From an uncultured Gammaproteobacteria bacterium (GTDB lineage Bacteria > Pseudomonadota > Gammaproteobacteria > JACCXJ01), in the NCBI GenBank assembly GCA_963764725.1, contig CAVXTM010000012.1, forward strand, positions 342,213 through 406,212: 64,000 nt of DNA, written 5' to 3'. Position 1 is the stretch's first letter, and every line of letters starts with the position of its first letter. The translations under genes and the position numbers were made by a program. This document shows, in pieces, positions 8,310-21,174 of the stretch. The notes beneath the pieces are model-generated. The model was not told where the DNA came from and searched no databases. It saw nothing but the letters and a program-made list of their open reading frames with translations.

Positions 8310-11300
8310 TGGTGCGTGGTGCAACGTAAGCCGCTTCGAGTTCCGGCCGAGAATCATCGGGGGCCGGCAAAGCCTTGCGGTCGAGCTTGCCGTTCGGCGA
8401 CAAGGGCAGCGCATCGAGTAGAACGAATGCTGAAGGGACCATGTAGTCGGGCAACTTGGCTTGCAGCTGCGCGCGCAGTTCGGCCGTTAGCTTCGGCTGC
8501 TCGCCCGCGTCTGGGGACGCGGCGGCGCCGTCGGCTTTTCGCACCGGAACCAGATAGGCGACGAGCCGTTTGTCGCCGGGCACATCTTCTCTGGCGAGGA
8601 CGACGCTCTCGCGCACGTGCGGGTGCTGAGTCAATACCGCTTCGATTTCGCCTAGTTCGATGCGAAAGCCTCTGATCTTGACCTGGTGGTCGAGCCGGCC
8701 CAGATACTCGATCTCGCCCTGCGGCAGGTAGCGCGCCAAATCGCCGGTCTTATACAGCCGCTCGCCGGCATGAAACGGATTCGGGATGAATTTCTCGGCG
8801 GTCAACTCCGCCCGGTTCAGATAACCGCGCGCGAGCCCCACGCCGCCGATGTGGAGCTCGCCCGGCACTCCGATGGGGACCGGCTGCAGATTACGGTCTA
8901 AAATGTAGATCTGGGTGTTGGCGATCGGGTGGCCAATGGGAACGATTTGGTGCTTGCTCGCAGGATCGCACGCCCAGAACGTCACATCGACGGCGGCCTC
9001 GGTCGGCCCATAAAGGTTGTGCAGATCGACTGCCGGAAGGCGCTCGAAAGAGCGTTGCTGGAGGTCGAACGGCAAGGCCTCGCCGCTGCAGATCACGCGT
9101 TTCAGGCTAGTGCAGTTCTGCACCCACCGCTCGTCCAGAAACACCTGCAGCATGGAGGGCACGAAATGCAACGTGGTGATCTCGTGCTCGATGATGGTGT
9201 TGACCAGATAAGCGCTGTCCTGATGCCCGCCGGGGCGCGCCACTACTAACTGCGCGCCGCTCAAAAGCGGCCAGAAGAATTCCCAGACCGATACGTCGAA
9301 GCTGAAAGGCGTCTTTTGCAGCACTCGGTCGGCGCTGTTCAGCCGATATGCATCCTGCATCCACAACAGGCGATTGACGATGGCGCGATGCGTGTTCATC
9401 GCGCCCTTCGGCTGGCCGGTGGAGCCGGAGGTGTAGATCACATACGCGAGGTTATCGGGAGCAAGATCAGGACTCGGGTTGCTCACCGGATAGCCGCTGA
9501 AGTCCTCAGCGTCGAGCAGCACAAGCTGGGCGCCGTGCTCGGGCAGTCCGCGCCGCAGGCGTTGCTGCGTGAGTAGCACCGGCGCCTTGGCATCGCTCAG
9601 CATGAACGCGAGCCGCTCTTTCGGATAAGCGGGATCGAGCGGCACGTAAGCGCCACCAGCTTTCAGAATCCCATATAGGCCGACGACCATGTCCACCGAG
9701 CGTTCAGCGCAGATGGCAACCAGAACGTCGGGACCCATGCCGAGGCCGATCAAATGATGCGCGAGCTGGTTGGCGCGGCTATTCAGTTCGGCGTAGCTCA
9801 ATTGTTCGTGTCCGAAGATCAGCGCAGTCGCGCTCGGCGTACGGCGAACTTGCGCTTCGAACAATTCGTGGAGCAGCGCATCGGCGGGATAGTCGGTCGC
9901 CGTGTTGTTCCACTCCATTAGCACCTCACGCTGAGCAATTGATATGACCTCAAGTGAACCGATGCCCGATTCTGTGTCAGAGGCCATGACATTCAGTATG
10001 GAGGAATAAGTGTCGAGCCAGCTCTCTACGGACTCTCGGCTATAGAGCTTTTCGTTATGCCAGCAGACCAGCTGAATCTCGCCCTTGCATTCACTAAGAT
10101 TAAAGGCGAGCTCGTGTATGTGAAATGCTCGCTGGATATTTTCAACAGAGACATCCAGATCGCCGAAGCTGAAGTCCTCCCGAGCCTGCTCGAAGTTGAA
10201 CTGCACTGCGAACAGCGGATTTCGATCTGCCCTTCTCGGCAGCTTCAGCTTGGGGAGGAGCGCGCCAAATGTGTAGTGCCCGTGCTCCTGCATATCCAAC
10301 ACGGCGCTTTGCACTTGGCGAACAAACTCTGAACTGGTCTTCGAACCGTCAATATGCACCCGCAGGGGATGCATGTTTACACAATGACCTAGGACGCTGT
10401 CGAAGCCGAGCAGCGCCTGACCAGCCACGGGAACTCCAACGACGATATCGTCTTGACCGCTTACTCGCCCAAGTAGCAGGTACAGACCACTCAAAAGAGC
10501 GGTGAAAAAGCTGCAACCGTTTGATTGACTGAAGAGTCTGAGGCCGGCCACAGTATTCGCGCTTATGCAAGTACGAATTTCCCCGCAGCGAAAAGATTTG
10601 ACCCCACTTCTCTTTCCATCGACTGGCAGGATTAGATCCTCCGGCAAAGTCGAGAACACCGACAAATAATGCGCTTCAGCGGCCCGACCTTCCGGGCCGT
10701 CTTCGAAGTCCCGCTGCTCCCTCATATAGTCGGTGTATCTGGGAGCGGAAGCGGCGGTTGGAGCTTTTCCCACGGAGCACAAGGAATATCCCTGGCTAAA
10801 CTCGTTCAGCAGCGTTCTTATAGAAAAGCCGTCGCATATCAGGTGATGAATGGTCAACAGAAGAGTGTGATTATTCTTGTCAAAAGAAAGCAACTGAGCA
10901 CGAAAAAGCGGTTCCTGGTCTATCTCGAATGGGATAGAAGCTTCCATTCGAGCCAGCTCGTCGATCTGTATGGGATCATCGACCGCGATGGATCGAACCG
11001 AAAGCTCAGCGAGTGTACGAGAGTGCAGGTAACTGATCGGTTCCTTCAGATCAAAGCTCATGCGCAGGGTTTCATGACGGTTAACCAGCCACTGCAGTGC
11101 TTCTTTCAGTGCGCCAACGTCCAACGGACCGCGCAATTCAATGCGATACGGGAGATTCAATGAGCACGATGCTTCAGGGCCAAATTGAACGCCGAGCCAC
11201 AACTCCATCTGTGCCTCGGTAAGCGGCATCGCCACCGGACGGTCACCGGCAGCGCCACTCTCAGGCCGCAACAGCAACAGGCGCGAATCGTGCCTATCAT

Positions 11301-14300
11301 TAGCAGGAGTCATCGGGAACCATTCGAAGCTCTCGGGCTTGAGAGGCTCGACGGCGCGCTGCCACTCAGCCAGGTCCATTAACGGGCTGTCCTTTCGAAT
11401 CGAGTCCTCGAACAACCACCATTGCGGCGTGAGTCCCCAGATCATCTGATCCCAGCGGTAAGTGCCGACATGCTCGATTGCACAGACGACGCCGCCGGGC
11501 GCCAGCGCCACAAACAGATTTCCGAGTACGTTGGCGACGTCTGGCGTCGCGTGGATAACGTTTAGCGCAACTACTACGTCAAAAGACGCAGATTCGATTC
11601 CCTGCTCCAATAAGCTCTTGGTGACGTCGACGACACTGTAAGACATTCTTGCACCATCAACGCTGCTGCCGCGGCTACGAGCATCCTCCACCAGAGTCGG
11701 CGACAAGTCTGTAAAGTGGTAGTGGGCGCCGGCCGGCAGCTGCGACGCGATACGCCAAGTTAGATCACCTCCTCCTCCGCCTACTTCGAGAATTCTTATG
11801 GGCCTTATGGCCGCCAATTTCAATAGCTCCCGTGCAAGTGCATCTTGAACATCGGCAACACCTCGATAGTCGGGCGTCTGTGTCTGCAGGACCTCCTTTA
11901 TCATGGTCCGTGTGCCATCGGGGAGAAGAACAGACACGCCCGGGAGCTCCCCCCGCAAAACTCTCGGCAGGGCAGCCGCGCAGTTTGCCAACAGTTCGCA
12001 GAGCGCGCTAAAGGAAGGGTGCCGCTGCTCGATTTCGTTCGCGAGAGCCCGCGGAGTCTTAACGGCCGATATCGCACCGGTCACTGTCAGCTCGTCTTGC
12101 GAATCACCCTCAACCAAGCCATCGTCCCGTAGCATTTTGAAAAAGTAATTGATCAATTTGCCGTAGGGAGAACGCACCGCCAGGGCGGCCATGACCTGAT
12201 CCCTGGAGAGCGTCGTACGTGCCTCCAGCTGAATACCGCTGCTTCTAAAAAGGTCCACTACCAAAGCTGTACAGAGACTATCCAGGTCCGCCCGCACACG
12301 CCCAAACTCTTCCCTATGGGCTGCCGTCGTAGTCAAAGACGCATTTCGCATATTCGCCGCGAGAGAATGCGCAACCGATTGTTGATCCGCTTCCCCGGCA
12401 CTACCCGCGGCGACCGATATCGCTGTTCGGGCGGGCTCGGACGCCTCGCCCAGCAGGCCAATACCGGCGAGCTCGTCACAGGCCTCCACGATTCGCTCGC
12501 ATATCGCATCGACATCCGCAGCGGTATGGGCGGTGGAAAGGTAACAAGGGAAATCTTCGTAACAGTGGACACCCTTGCTTCGGAGTAGAGGGAACAACAA
12601 CCCGGAATAAGTGAACTCCTCCTGGCAATGCAAATTAAACAAGGAACTGAAGTGATCAATTTTGATTGGATACTGATGGTCACGGAAGTGAGTATTCAGC
12701 CGGTCCGCGAAACTCTGGGTTAGAGCGTTCAGATCGTTTTGAAGTTGTGGGCCGCTGTCTGCCATATGTCGAAGCGCCGCATGCATCGCTGCGACTGACA
12801 GGGGATGCCGAATGAACGTACCGCCCAAATACGTTACCCCGGCTTGTGGGAATGACCCATCACCGAAGTGCCATGACCCGCCGTCGAAGGCATCCAGGTA
12901 CTCCGGCTTGCCGGCAACGACTGACAGCGGCATTCCGGCGGCGACCGCTTTACCGTAGGTGGCGATGTCGGCTGTTACTCCATACCAAGCCTGCGCACCA
13001 CCCGGATGCGTGCGAAAGCCCGTGACTATTTCGTCGAAAACCAGGGCTATATTATGCTGCTCAGTTACAGCTCGCAGCTGATGAAGGAATTCTCTGGGTT
13101 GATTGGAGGGGTTACGGCTCTGAACGGGTTCCACGAGAACCGCCGCCAACTCATCCGCGAAGTTCCGAATGATCTTCACAGAAGCGGGATCACCATAGTC
13201 CAGTATCAGAACGTCGGAGACCATGTGATCTGGTATTCCAGGCACCTGCGGTACGGCGTGGATTTTTCCGTTAATAACCGTGGGTCGGGCAACGACACAA
13301 TCCACCCTGCCGTGGTAAGAACCGGAGAACATGGCGATTCGATCCTTCCCTGTCACCGTGCGGGCTATACGCAACGCTCCCAGAACCGCCTCCGACCCTC
13401 CCTGGGCATAAGTCATTCGGCCAGCACCGGTCGTACGGCAAAGGAGTTCGGCCGCCTCGCCGGCGAGCACGGACTGTGGTCCAAGGGATATGTCGGTATC
13501 CACGGCGTTTGCCAGGGCTTTGCGCAAGAATGCCGGAGAATGGCCGAAAAGGTGTGCGCCAAATCCCATTAGAATGTCGAGGTATTCGTTCCCATCCGCG
13601 TCGACGATCCTGCATCCCTGGCTGCTCTGGGAAACAATCGGATAAACAGCCTCCTTCCATTCGCGCCGAAACCCGGCAACGGTTCGCGGATCCGAGAGGC
13701 AAGCGCGATATCGCTCCGCGTGGCTCTTGGAACTACGAGTCCTTTCGTTGTAGCCGGTAATAAATTCATTGATATATTTCTGTTGGGCATTGGAGAGTGG
13801 CGTGGTCTGTGCCCGCTTGACTGGCTTGAACGGACCAAAGCCCTTGACGCTACGGCCAAATGTTTTAGGTGCGTCGGCTAAACGCACCGATCTTTCCCCA
13901 CCCCCACCGTCGGAGATTGCCGATGTTGCACCGGGAACCTGCTGGCTGAGAATGTCGACCTGCTGCTTCACGAGCTCCAGCTGGCGCTGAATCAGTAGGC
14001 CCATTTCCGCAAGGCTGCCGGGCACCTCGCCCTGTCCCGTCGGTGTCCCTTGGGCCGGAATAGTTTCGATGGCACGGGTGGCCCTGGACGGCGCGGCGGG
14101 CGGCGCAAACCGGCTCGGCGCCTCCCGAGCGAGGTGACTGGCGATCTGCTCGATTGTCGTGAGGTCTTCGAAGAGCCGTCTGAACAGCACTCGGACACCG
14201 AAGCGTTTCTTCATCTCAGCGACCAGCCGGGTCATCAACAGAGAATCGAATCCAAGTTCAACGAGCGTCTTCGATTTCTGCAGACTCCCCTCATCGATGC

Positions 14301-17151
14301 CCGTGAGCTCATTGAGGAGGGCCTTTAGCTCCGCGATCGCTGCCCCAGTAGGATTAGGCGGACTGCCTGTGGCGAGAGGTAACATGGCAACAGAGGGATT
14401 AGGTATCGCCGCGGGCGGCGGGGCAGCGTTGACGATGTCGGGAATCTGACTCGCTAGCGATACAGCCAGGCTACGGAGGGTCGGCGTAGCGCTTGCCTCA
14501 TCGGAGGAAAGCCAATATCTCTGGCGTTCGAATGGGTAAGTCGGCAAAGACACCTTGGAACGGTCGCTGCCGGAAAACAGTAGACGAGTCTCCAGATCCG
14601 CACCATTGGCCCAAAGGTCACCATAGGCCGCCAATAGCATGAGCTGATCGTCGGCATCCATTCGGGCACCACGGACGCAACTGATAATCGGGTATGACGA
14701 CGTCAGTCCAACTTTTTGCCTGACGAAACTCGCCAGTGTGCTCCCGGGCCCCACCTCCATGAATGCGGGATCGTTTAGTTCCAGCAGTGAATCCAGACAG
14801 TGATTGAACAGCACGGGCTGGCGTATATGCTTGCCCCAGTAGGCTGGCTGTGTGGCCTCTTCATCCCGGAGCCACGATCCAGTGACGTTGGAAACTATTG
14901 GGACTGCGGGCGGGTTGAGCGTAAACCGGCCTACGAACTCGGTGAAAGGATCAACGGCGGATTCCATCAGCCGACTATGAAATGCATGGGAAGTACGAAC
15001 CGGCCGCCAGCCCACTTCTCTTTCGTCAAGCACGCCTTGAAAAGCGATAACGTCCTTGTCCGCGCCAGCTACAACCACCAGCTCCGGCGCGTTGACGGCC
15101 GCGATCTCCAACTCCGGCGGCAAAAGTCGCTCTACGTCCTCCGCGGAGAGCTGCACCGCTACCATTTTTCCCGTTGGAACGGCCTGCATCAGAGCAGCTC
15201 GCGTGGCAACAATCGCCATTGCGTCGTCGAACTTGAACACCCCGGCCAGGGTTGCTGCAACTAGCTCCCCGATACTGTGTCCCACCAGTGCTGCCGGCGT
15301 TACGCCTCGCGCCTGGAGCGATCTAGCTACGGAGTACTCCACGGCAAACAAAGCCGCTTGTGTTACATGCGTTTTGTTGAGCGCCTTTTCCGCACGCTCC
15401 AGGTCGCTGTCGGGGCAGAAGATAATCGCCCTAAGGTCGAGACCCAAATGGGACTGCAACCCCTCGCAACAATCGTCAAAGGCCCGTCTGAACACCGGAT
15501 CCTGATCGTAGAGCCCGATGGTCATCCGAGGATACTGACTACCCTGACCCGTGAACATGAAGATTGTGTTGCTGACGTGGCGCGTCCCTAGCGAAGGCGA
15601 ATTGCTGGCCACCGCACTCTGCTCGAGCTTCGAAATGGCTCCCGACAAGTCCTGACAAGCAACGAATTGCCTGACCGGCAGGGACTGACGACCAGTGGCC
15701 AACGAAAACGCCACATCCGAAAAATTGAGGGTGGGGGAAGACACGAGAAAGCGCACCAGATTCTCGGCGCTGCGTGCCAAGGCCGCCGGCGTCTTGGCCG
15801 ACAGCAATAGCAGCTCGGCAGCTCGTGCGGGTGCTGAGCCCTCTGGCTCGGGCGGCTCCTCCAGAATGGCGTGGAAGTTGGTCCCACCGAGCCCAAAAGA
15901 ACTGATTCCGCCACGCCGCGGTCGCTGCTCGCCGGGCCAATCCTTTAAGTCCGTATTGACATAGAAGGGACTGGTCGCCAAGTCGAGCTCTGGGTTAGGC
16001 CTCGAGAAGTTTATGCTTGGCAGCAACTTTCGGCGGCTCAACATTAAGCTCAACTTTATCAGTCCGGCGACGCCGGCGCCGGCATCCAAATGACCAATGT
16101 TTCCCTTCAATGAACCTAGAGCGCAGTACTGGACAGCGTTTGTTCTCTGCCTGAAGGCTCGGGTCAAGGCTGCGACTTCGATAGGGTCTCCGAGGGTCGT
16201 TCCGGTCCCGTGAGCTTCTACATATTGAATAGAATCCGGGTCAATGTCCCCGACCGCCAGAGCTTCAGCGACTACGCGCGCCTGCCCGGAAACACTCGGT
16301 GCGGTGAAGCCGGCCTTGTCCGCCCCGTCGTTGTTCAAGGCTGAGGCCAAGATGACGGAATAAATGCGATCACGATCCTCAATCGCATCCTCGAGGCGCT
16401 TAAGTACCACGGTTGCTACACCGCTGCTATAGATGCAGCCTTGCGCACGTTCATCGAACGGCCTGCAATGCCCGTCCCGGGACGGTATGCCGCCCTCCAC
16501 CCAGTGGTATCCGGCAGTTTGTGGCACATGGACTCGTGCACCCCCTACAATGGCTGCATCACACTCGCCGTTGAGCAGGGATTGGCAGGCTAGGTGCAGG
16601 GCAACCCCTGAACTGGAGCACGCCGACTGCACGGAGAAGGCGGGCCCGGTGAGATTCAGCTTATAGGCTACCCGGGTCGCCGGGAAATCCTTGTCGCTAC
16701 CGAGCGTCGCTTCATAGGTGGCTCCACTCTCTACCAAGTCTCTATAGACCAGGGCGTTGTGCAGGAAATACGTATTCCTAGCTACACCACCGAAAACACC
16801 AATCTGACCATCGAATCGAGTTGGGTCACAGCCTGCGTCTTCCAGCGCCGTCCAGGCCGACTCCAGAAAAATTCGGTGTTGCGGATCCATGAGCTCCGCT
16901 TCCCGCGGAGTAATACCGAAAAAAGAGGCGTCAAACCCATCGGCATCGTCGAGCGGCGCACCAGCATTGACGTAGTCCGGGTCGTTAGTCACCTGAGGAT
17001 CCACACCCGCTTGCCGCAACTCCTCCTCCGAAAAAGGACGAACCGACTCCACACCGCGGCACAAATTGCGCCATAGGGCTTCAATATTGGGCGCTCCTGG
17101 GAACCGCCCCGCCATACCGACAATCGCGATCCGGTGCGTGGCAGTTGTCAT
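7203..17151 (-). CDS. Hybrid PKS-NRPS KS-AT-ACP-AMT-MT-C-A(Ser)-T-TE, split by a +1 frameshift at ~8005 (ORFs 7972..17151 and 7203..8030)
   Basis: KS (SACSSS, HGTGT, GHLDAGAG); AT (GHSIG, HAFH = malonyl); ACP (GFDSL); class III aminotransferase (FDEIVTGFR, TYGK); MT (LEVGGGGG, NVIHAT); C (HHLICDG); A (YTSGSTGQPKG; code read DVWHISLVDK = Ser-type); T (GGHSF). TE continues in another frame after GIAT. Confidence 0.92.
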
Positions 17152-20100
17152 GGCTTGCTCTTTCGATGATGCAATCGCCGCTCACGAATCGCGTTCCGAT
17201 TCCTCTGGGCTTTGATCGAAATCCGATCAGACCCCGGTTGATCAGCGTCTGCTGGGTCATAGCCCAGTTGGCGAGCAAGATCCCAGGTTGCCGGCGCAAG
17301 AGCGTATTTCGTTTGGGCCGCCTTCCAACTGTCGGCGACATCCGGCCGGATCTCGGAGAATGTCAGGAATCGAACGTCGCCCATGGGGGTCGATTCTGGA
17401 TACAGACCAGTCGTCATTTTGCTCTCTTTGTTCCGGTAGGGTTCAACCAATTCCTCTATGTAGGGTAAGTCCAGCATTGTGCAGGCGCGCTCCATTGCCG
17501 TACGGGGATCTGCAACCAAGTCTTCGAACCGAAGGCGGCACTGCCGTTCCTCGGGAACCTTTGTAAGCAGCTCGAGTATATTGAAATGGCTGCGCAGCCA
17601 AACCAGTTCGCCCAACTGACGGGTATTATAAGGATGATCCTTGAGTAAGAGGATCTGGTCCATATGCATTTTCTCGAAGGACCGTGTCGCCGCCAAGGGA
17701 TGGCGGACGAGATGGATAAACTTAGCCTCTTCGAAGTCCAGCTCGGCATGTTCTAAGGCGACCGGGTCGAGGGCATATGAGGGGGTCTTATCTAATAGGA
17801 GCCGTTCACCGATCGCGTCTTGAAGTAGCTTGTAGAATTCGATGGTTGTCAGGTCTTTGCTTTCGTACTCCTCCATCAGACGCCTGGCCGCATCAGCGTC
17901 GACCCCGCGTAACTCCATCAGTACCCGGATCGTTCCCTCTAACCAGGCCTCAAATTTCCCCTGGAATGCCGCCCGGCGACTCCGAAGCGTCTCAAAGTGT
18001 AGTAGCTGCAGCTCCGGTGCGGCGAACAGATCCGGATGTCCAGCCAGCATTACCCGCAACAAGGTGGTTCCGGACCGTGGGGGAGCCAGTATGAACACCG
18101 CGGGCGGATTTAGGGGCGACGCAGAGTCGCGACCGGTAGACCGGAAGATAGGTACCCGCCCCTGAAATCGGCCAATCTCTGCATCGGTCAAAACGCGAGC
18201 GTCAGCAACGCGGCGCGTGTCGTCACGCCCCAGGCCCTTGACGCCGGTGAACAATTCGCGTATCCGATGTGGATACTGCCGCTTCAATAACTCGGCGTAT
18301 TCGGCAATCGTCGGCGCCTCGAATACGGTAACAACGTAGACGAACTCGTTCAGGCGTTGTTGTAGCCGCTGAACCAGCCGCGCCGCCCGCAGCGAGGTGC
18401 CGCCTGCGTCAAAGAATCCGACATGAATTCCGAAATCTTCACGACCGAGGATGGCCGCCCAACTGGCGTGCAGCCAACGCTCCAGCTCATCCCGGGGTGG
18501 GGCTTCCTGGCCGTTGCGGCGAATCGTGGCTTTCTCCGGCAGGTGCAGCGCCGGGCGATCGAGTTTGCCGTTCGGAGTCAAAGGGTACTCATCCAGCATA
18601 ACAATCACATCGGGAACCATGTAGTCGGGAAGCCATTTGGCGCAGTGTTCACGTATGCTGGACTGCAAGTCCTGAACGGAATACCAGTTTTCCGATGCAG
18701 GTAGTCGGGATATGGCGGATGAGCAAACGCTGGCTCGCCGCGCAAAAACTAGCTTCAGTGATGTATCTGCGAGAGGGTCCGCCTGGTCTTCGACGTACTG
18801 GAACCCCTTGTCATCCAGAAGCTGCTTGAACTGCCTAAGGCGATCCCCTGTGTCGTGAACTTCCGCTACGATCTGCCGGATTTTTGGCCAGTCGTCATCC
18901 TCGAGTCCCTGCAGGACCTCGAGTTCGCTTCGCTCTACGTCAATCTTCAGCAGATCGACATGGTCGATTCCCAGGTCAGCTATGGCACCCGATAGCGTTT
19001 TGATCGGACAAGTGAAGGATTCTGTCGTCAGCCGTGCCGCCACCAGTTCATCGAGGACCCGGTGTGACACGCTCCCGGAAAGAGAGGAGTCTGAGGCCGC
19101 CAGGTAACGTGCCACGGTATCTCGGTCTTCCTGCAAATTCGCCTTTGCGCCTGACAATATCGACGCGTGCTCGTAGAACGTAAAGCTGGCGGTCTCCGGG
19201 ATCCGCCCCACACCATATCCCAATGGCTGGATCGATTCTCCGTAGAGCTCCGCATTGGTCGTCAGTATCTCCAGCAGCGGCGGGATGGGCTCAAACGCGA
19301 AGACCTTGGAACCCGGGATCTCGGTAGCAACCAGGATCGAAAATAAGCCAATGTTAGCTCCCACATCGAAAACGCAAGCTCCGTGCCCCAGCTCGATACC
19401 ATGTTGGAAATAACATCGGTCTCGAAATATTTCGTCGTACATGAAATCGGTTTCTGATTTGTTCAAGTGGCGCACCACGAGGCCATTAGGGAGCTCGTAC
19501 AAATCTGCAGCGCCGTTGCATTTCGAACGATAGCGTATCGTGACAACAGCGGCCGTTCGGTCTGGATCAGCCAGCAGATGGGCCGCCAGTTTCTGTTCTT
19601 GATCGTCGCTTGAAAATGTCGTCACAACAGCATCGCGCACGCCGGGATGACGACGTAACGTTTCCTCGATTTCTCCCAGCTCAATCCGAAAGCCCCGAAT
19701 TTTGACTTGATGATCCAGCCGCCCCAGGAACTCGATGGACCCATCCTTGCGCCATCGCGCAAGATCACCCGTCTTGTAGAGCAACGCCTTTGAATCACCG
19801 GCAAAAGGGTCTGTGATGAATCGTTCTGCCGTCAGCTCGGGGCGGTTGTGATATCCACGTCCCACCTGAACGCCGCCAATGTGCAGCTCCCCCGCGTCTC
19901 CGTTGCCAACTGGCTGAAGGTCTTTATCCAGTATGTATAGCTTCGTGTTCAACACGGGCCGCCCGATTGGCACTACCCTGTCCTCTCCACCGGGCTCACA
20001 CTTCCAGTGAGTAACGTCAACCGCGGCTTCCGTCGGTCCATAAAGATTATGTAGTTCCGCGTCTAGGGTACTGAAGAACCGCTCCTTCAAGTCGTAGGAT

Positions 20101-20951
20101 AAAGCCTCGCCGCTACACACGACCGCACGCACCGAACCACAATATTCATTTAGGCTTGGCTGGCCCAAGAACACCGCCAACATGGACGGAACAAAGTGCA
20201 ACAGCGAGATCTTCTGCGCGTCGATGAGCCTCGCCAGATACGCCGGGTCTCTATGCCCGCCAGGCCGAGCCAACACCAGCCGGGAGCCGGTCATGAGCGG
20301 CAGGAAAAATTCCCAGACAGAAACGTCAAAGCTAAAAGGTGTCTTCTGCAGTACCGCGTCGTTTACAGATAGCTGAAAAATACCCTGCATCCAGATCAGG
20401 CGGTTCACAATCGCGCGATGGGTATTCATCGCCCCTTTCGGTTTGCCGGTCGATCCGGAGGTATAAATCATATAGGCGAGATCTTCCGGAGCCAGCTCTA
20501 CCGCTGGCGGATTAGTGGGAAGCGTCTCGACCTTTTTCCAATCGGAATCGAGCCTGAAGACAGCCGCATCGGTCGATGGTAATCGGCGAAAGAGGTGCCG
20601 CTGGGTAAGCAGGACAGGGGGGCTTGCATCCCGGAGCATGAAGTCGATCCGCTCACCTGGATAGTCCGGGTCTATCGGGACATACGCACCACCGGCTTTG
20701 ATAATGGCCAGCAACCCCACCACCATTTCCAATGATCGCTCCGTGCAGATCCCGACCATCACATCCGGCCCAACGCCCATCGATCGCAGATGATGCGCCA
20801 ACTGGCTCGAGCGAGCCTCGAGCTCAGCCCGACTCAGGCTAGCCTCCGCCGTCCACACGGCCTCCCCACCGGGGTTCATACGGCGGCCGCTCTCAAGATG
20901 CGTCAGCAATAGGTCCTGAGCGTTTATCAACGCCAAGTCTTTTCCGACCAT
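17148..20951 (-). CDS. NRPS loading module A(Ser) interrupted by FkbM-type methyltransferase, followed by T and sulfotransferase
   Basis: A code DVWHVSLVDK (Ser-type). VFDVGANIG...LLKIDVE FkbM domain inserted between A8 (GFRIELGEIE) and A9 (LPDYMVP). T (GGTSL); PAPS-binding loop APPRSGTTLL and DKTP. ATGA overlap with the PKS gene. Confidence 0.92.
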   Translation of the reverse strand: MVGKDLALINAQDLLLTHLESGRRMNPGGEAVWTAEASLSRAELEARSSQLAHHLRSMGVGPDVMVGICTERSLEMVVGLLAIIKAGGAYVPIDPDYPGERIDFMLRDASPPVLLTQRHLFRRLPSTDAAVFRLDSDWKKVETLPTNPPAVELAPEDLAYMIYTSGSTGKPKGAMNTHRAIVNRLIWMQGIFQLSVNDAVLQKTPFSFDVSVWEFFLPLMTGSRLVLARPGGHRDPAYLARLIDAQKISLLHFVPSMLAVFLGQPSLNEYCGSVRAVVCSGEALSYDLKERFFSTLDAELHNLYGPTEAAVDVTHWKCEPGGEDRVVPIGRPVLNTKLYILDKDLQPVGNGDAGELHIGGVQVGRGYHNRPELTAERFITDPFAGDSKALLYKTGDLARWRKDGSIEFLGRLDHQVKIRGFRIELGEIEETLRRHPGVRDAVVTTFSSDDQEQKLAAHLLADPDRTAAVVTIRYRSKCNGAADLYELPNGLVVRHLNKSETDFMYDEIFRDRCYFQHGIELGHGACVFDVGANIGLFSILVATEIPGSKVFAFEPIPPLLEILTTNAELYGESIQPLGYGVGRIPETASFTFYEHASILSGAKANLQEDRDTVARYLAASDSSLSGSVSHRVLDELVAARLTTESFTCPIKTLSGAIADLGIDHVDLLKIDVERSELEVLQGLEDDDWPKIRQIVAEVHDTGDRLRQFKQLLDDKGFQYVEDQADPLADTSLKLVFARRASVCSSAISRLPASENWYSVQDLQSSIREHCAKWLPDYMVPDVIVMLDEYPLTPNGKLDRPALHLPEKATIRRNGQEAPPRDELERWLHASWAAILGREDFGIHVGFFDAGGTSLRAARLVQRLQQRLNEFVYVVTVFEAPTIAEYAELLKRQYPHRIRELFTGVKGLGRDDTRRVADARVLTDAEIGRFQGRVPIFRSTGRDSASPLNPPAVFILAPPRSGTTLLRVMLAGHPDLFAAPELQLLHFETLRSRRAAFQGKFEAWLEGTIRVLMELRGVDADAARRLMEEYESKDLTTIEFYKLLQDAIGERLLLDKTPSYALDPVALEHAELDFEEAKFIHLVRHPLAATRSFEKMHMDQILLLKDHPYNTRQLGELVWLRSHFNILELLTKVPEERQCRLRFEDLVADPRTAMERACTMLDLPYIEELVEPYRNKESKMTTGLYPESTPMGDVRFLTFSEIRPDVADSWKAAQTKYALAPATWDLARQLGYDPADADQPGSDRISIKAQRNRNAIRERRLHHRKSKP

Positions 20952-21174
20952 AGACTCTTTTTAATTGCCGACTCCTTCACAACAGAAACGGCTACGTAGG
21001 ATGCAGCGTAGCGACAAAAGCTATGTCCGGGATTTTCGATCCTTGTAACCATGACTTGGCGTCCGTGCCTAGGCTCCGTCTCTGGAGCGTCGTCGAACAA
21101 TGGCTTGATAGAGGCAGGGTCCTAGCGGAATTGCGGGCTGCGATAGCGGGCAAAGCGTCCCGGGAGCCATAATC

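Noticed and set aside
17148-18110. CurM/Ols-style ST-TE terminal olefin formation
   Set aside because: The ST is on the loading module, has no adjacent TE, and the PKS module has no KR to make a beta-hydroxyl.
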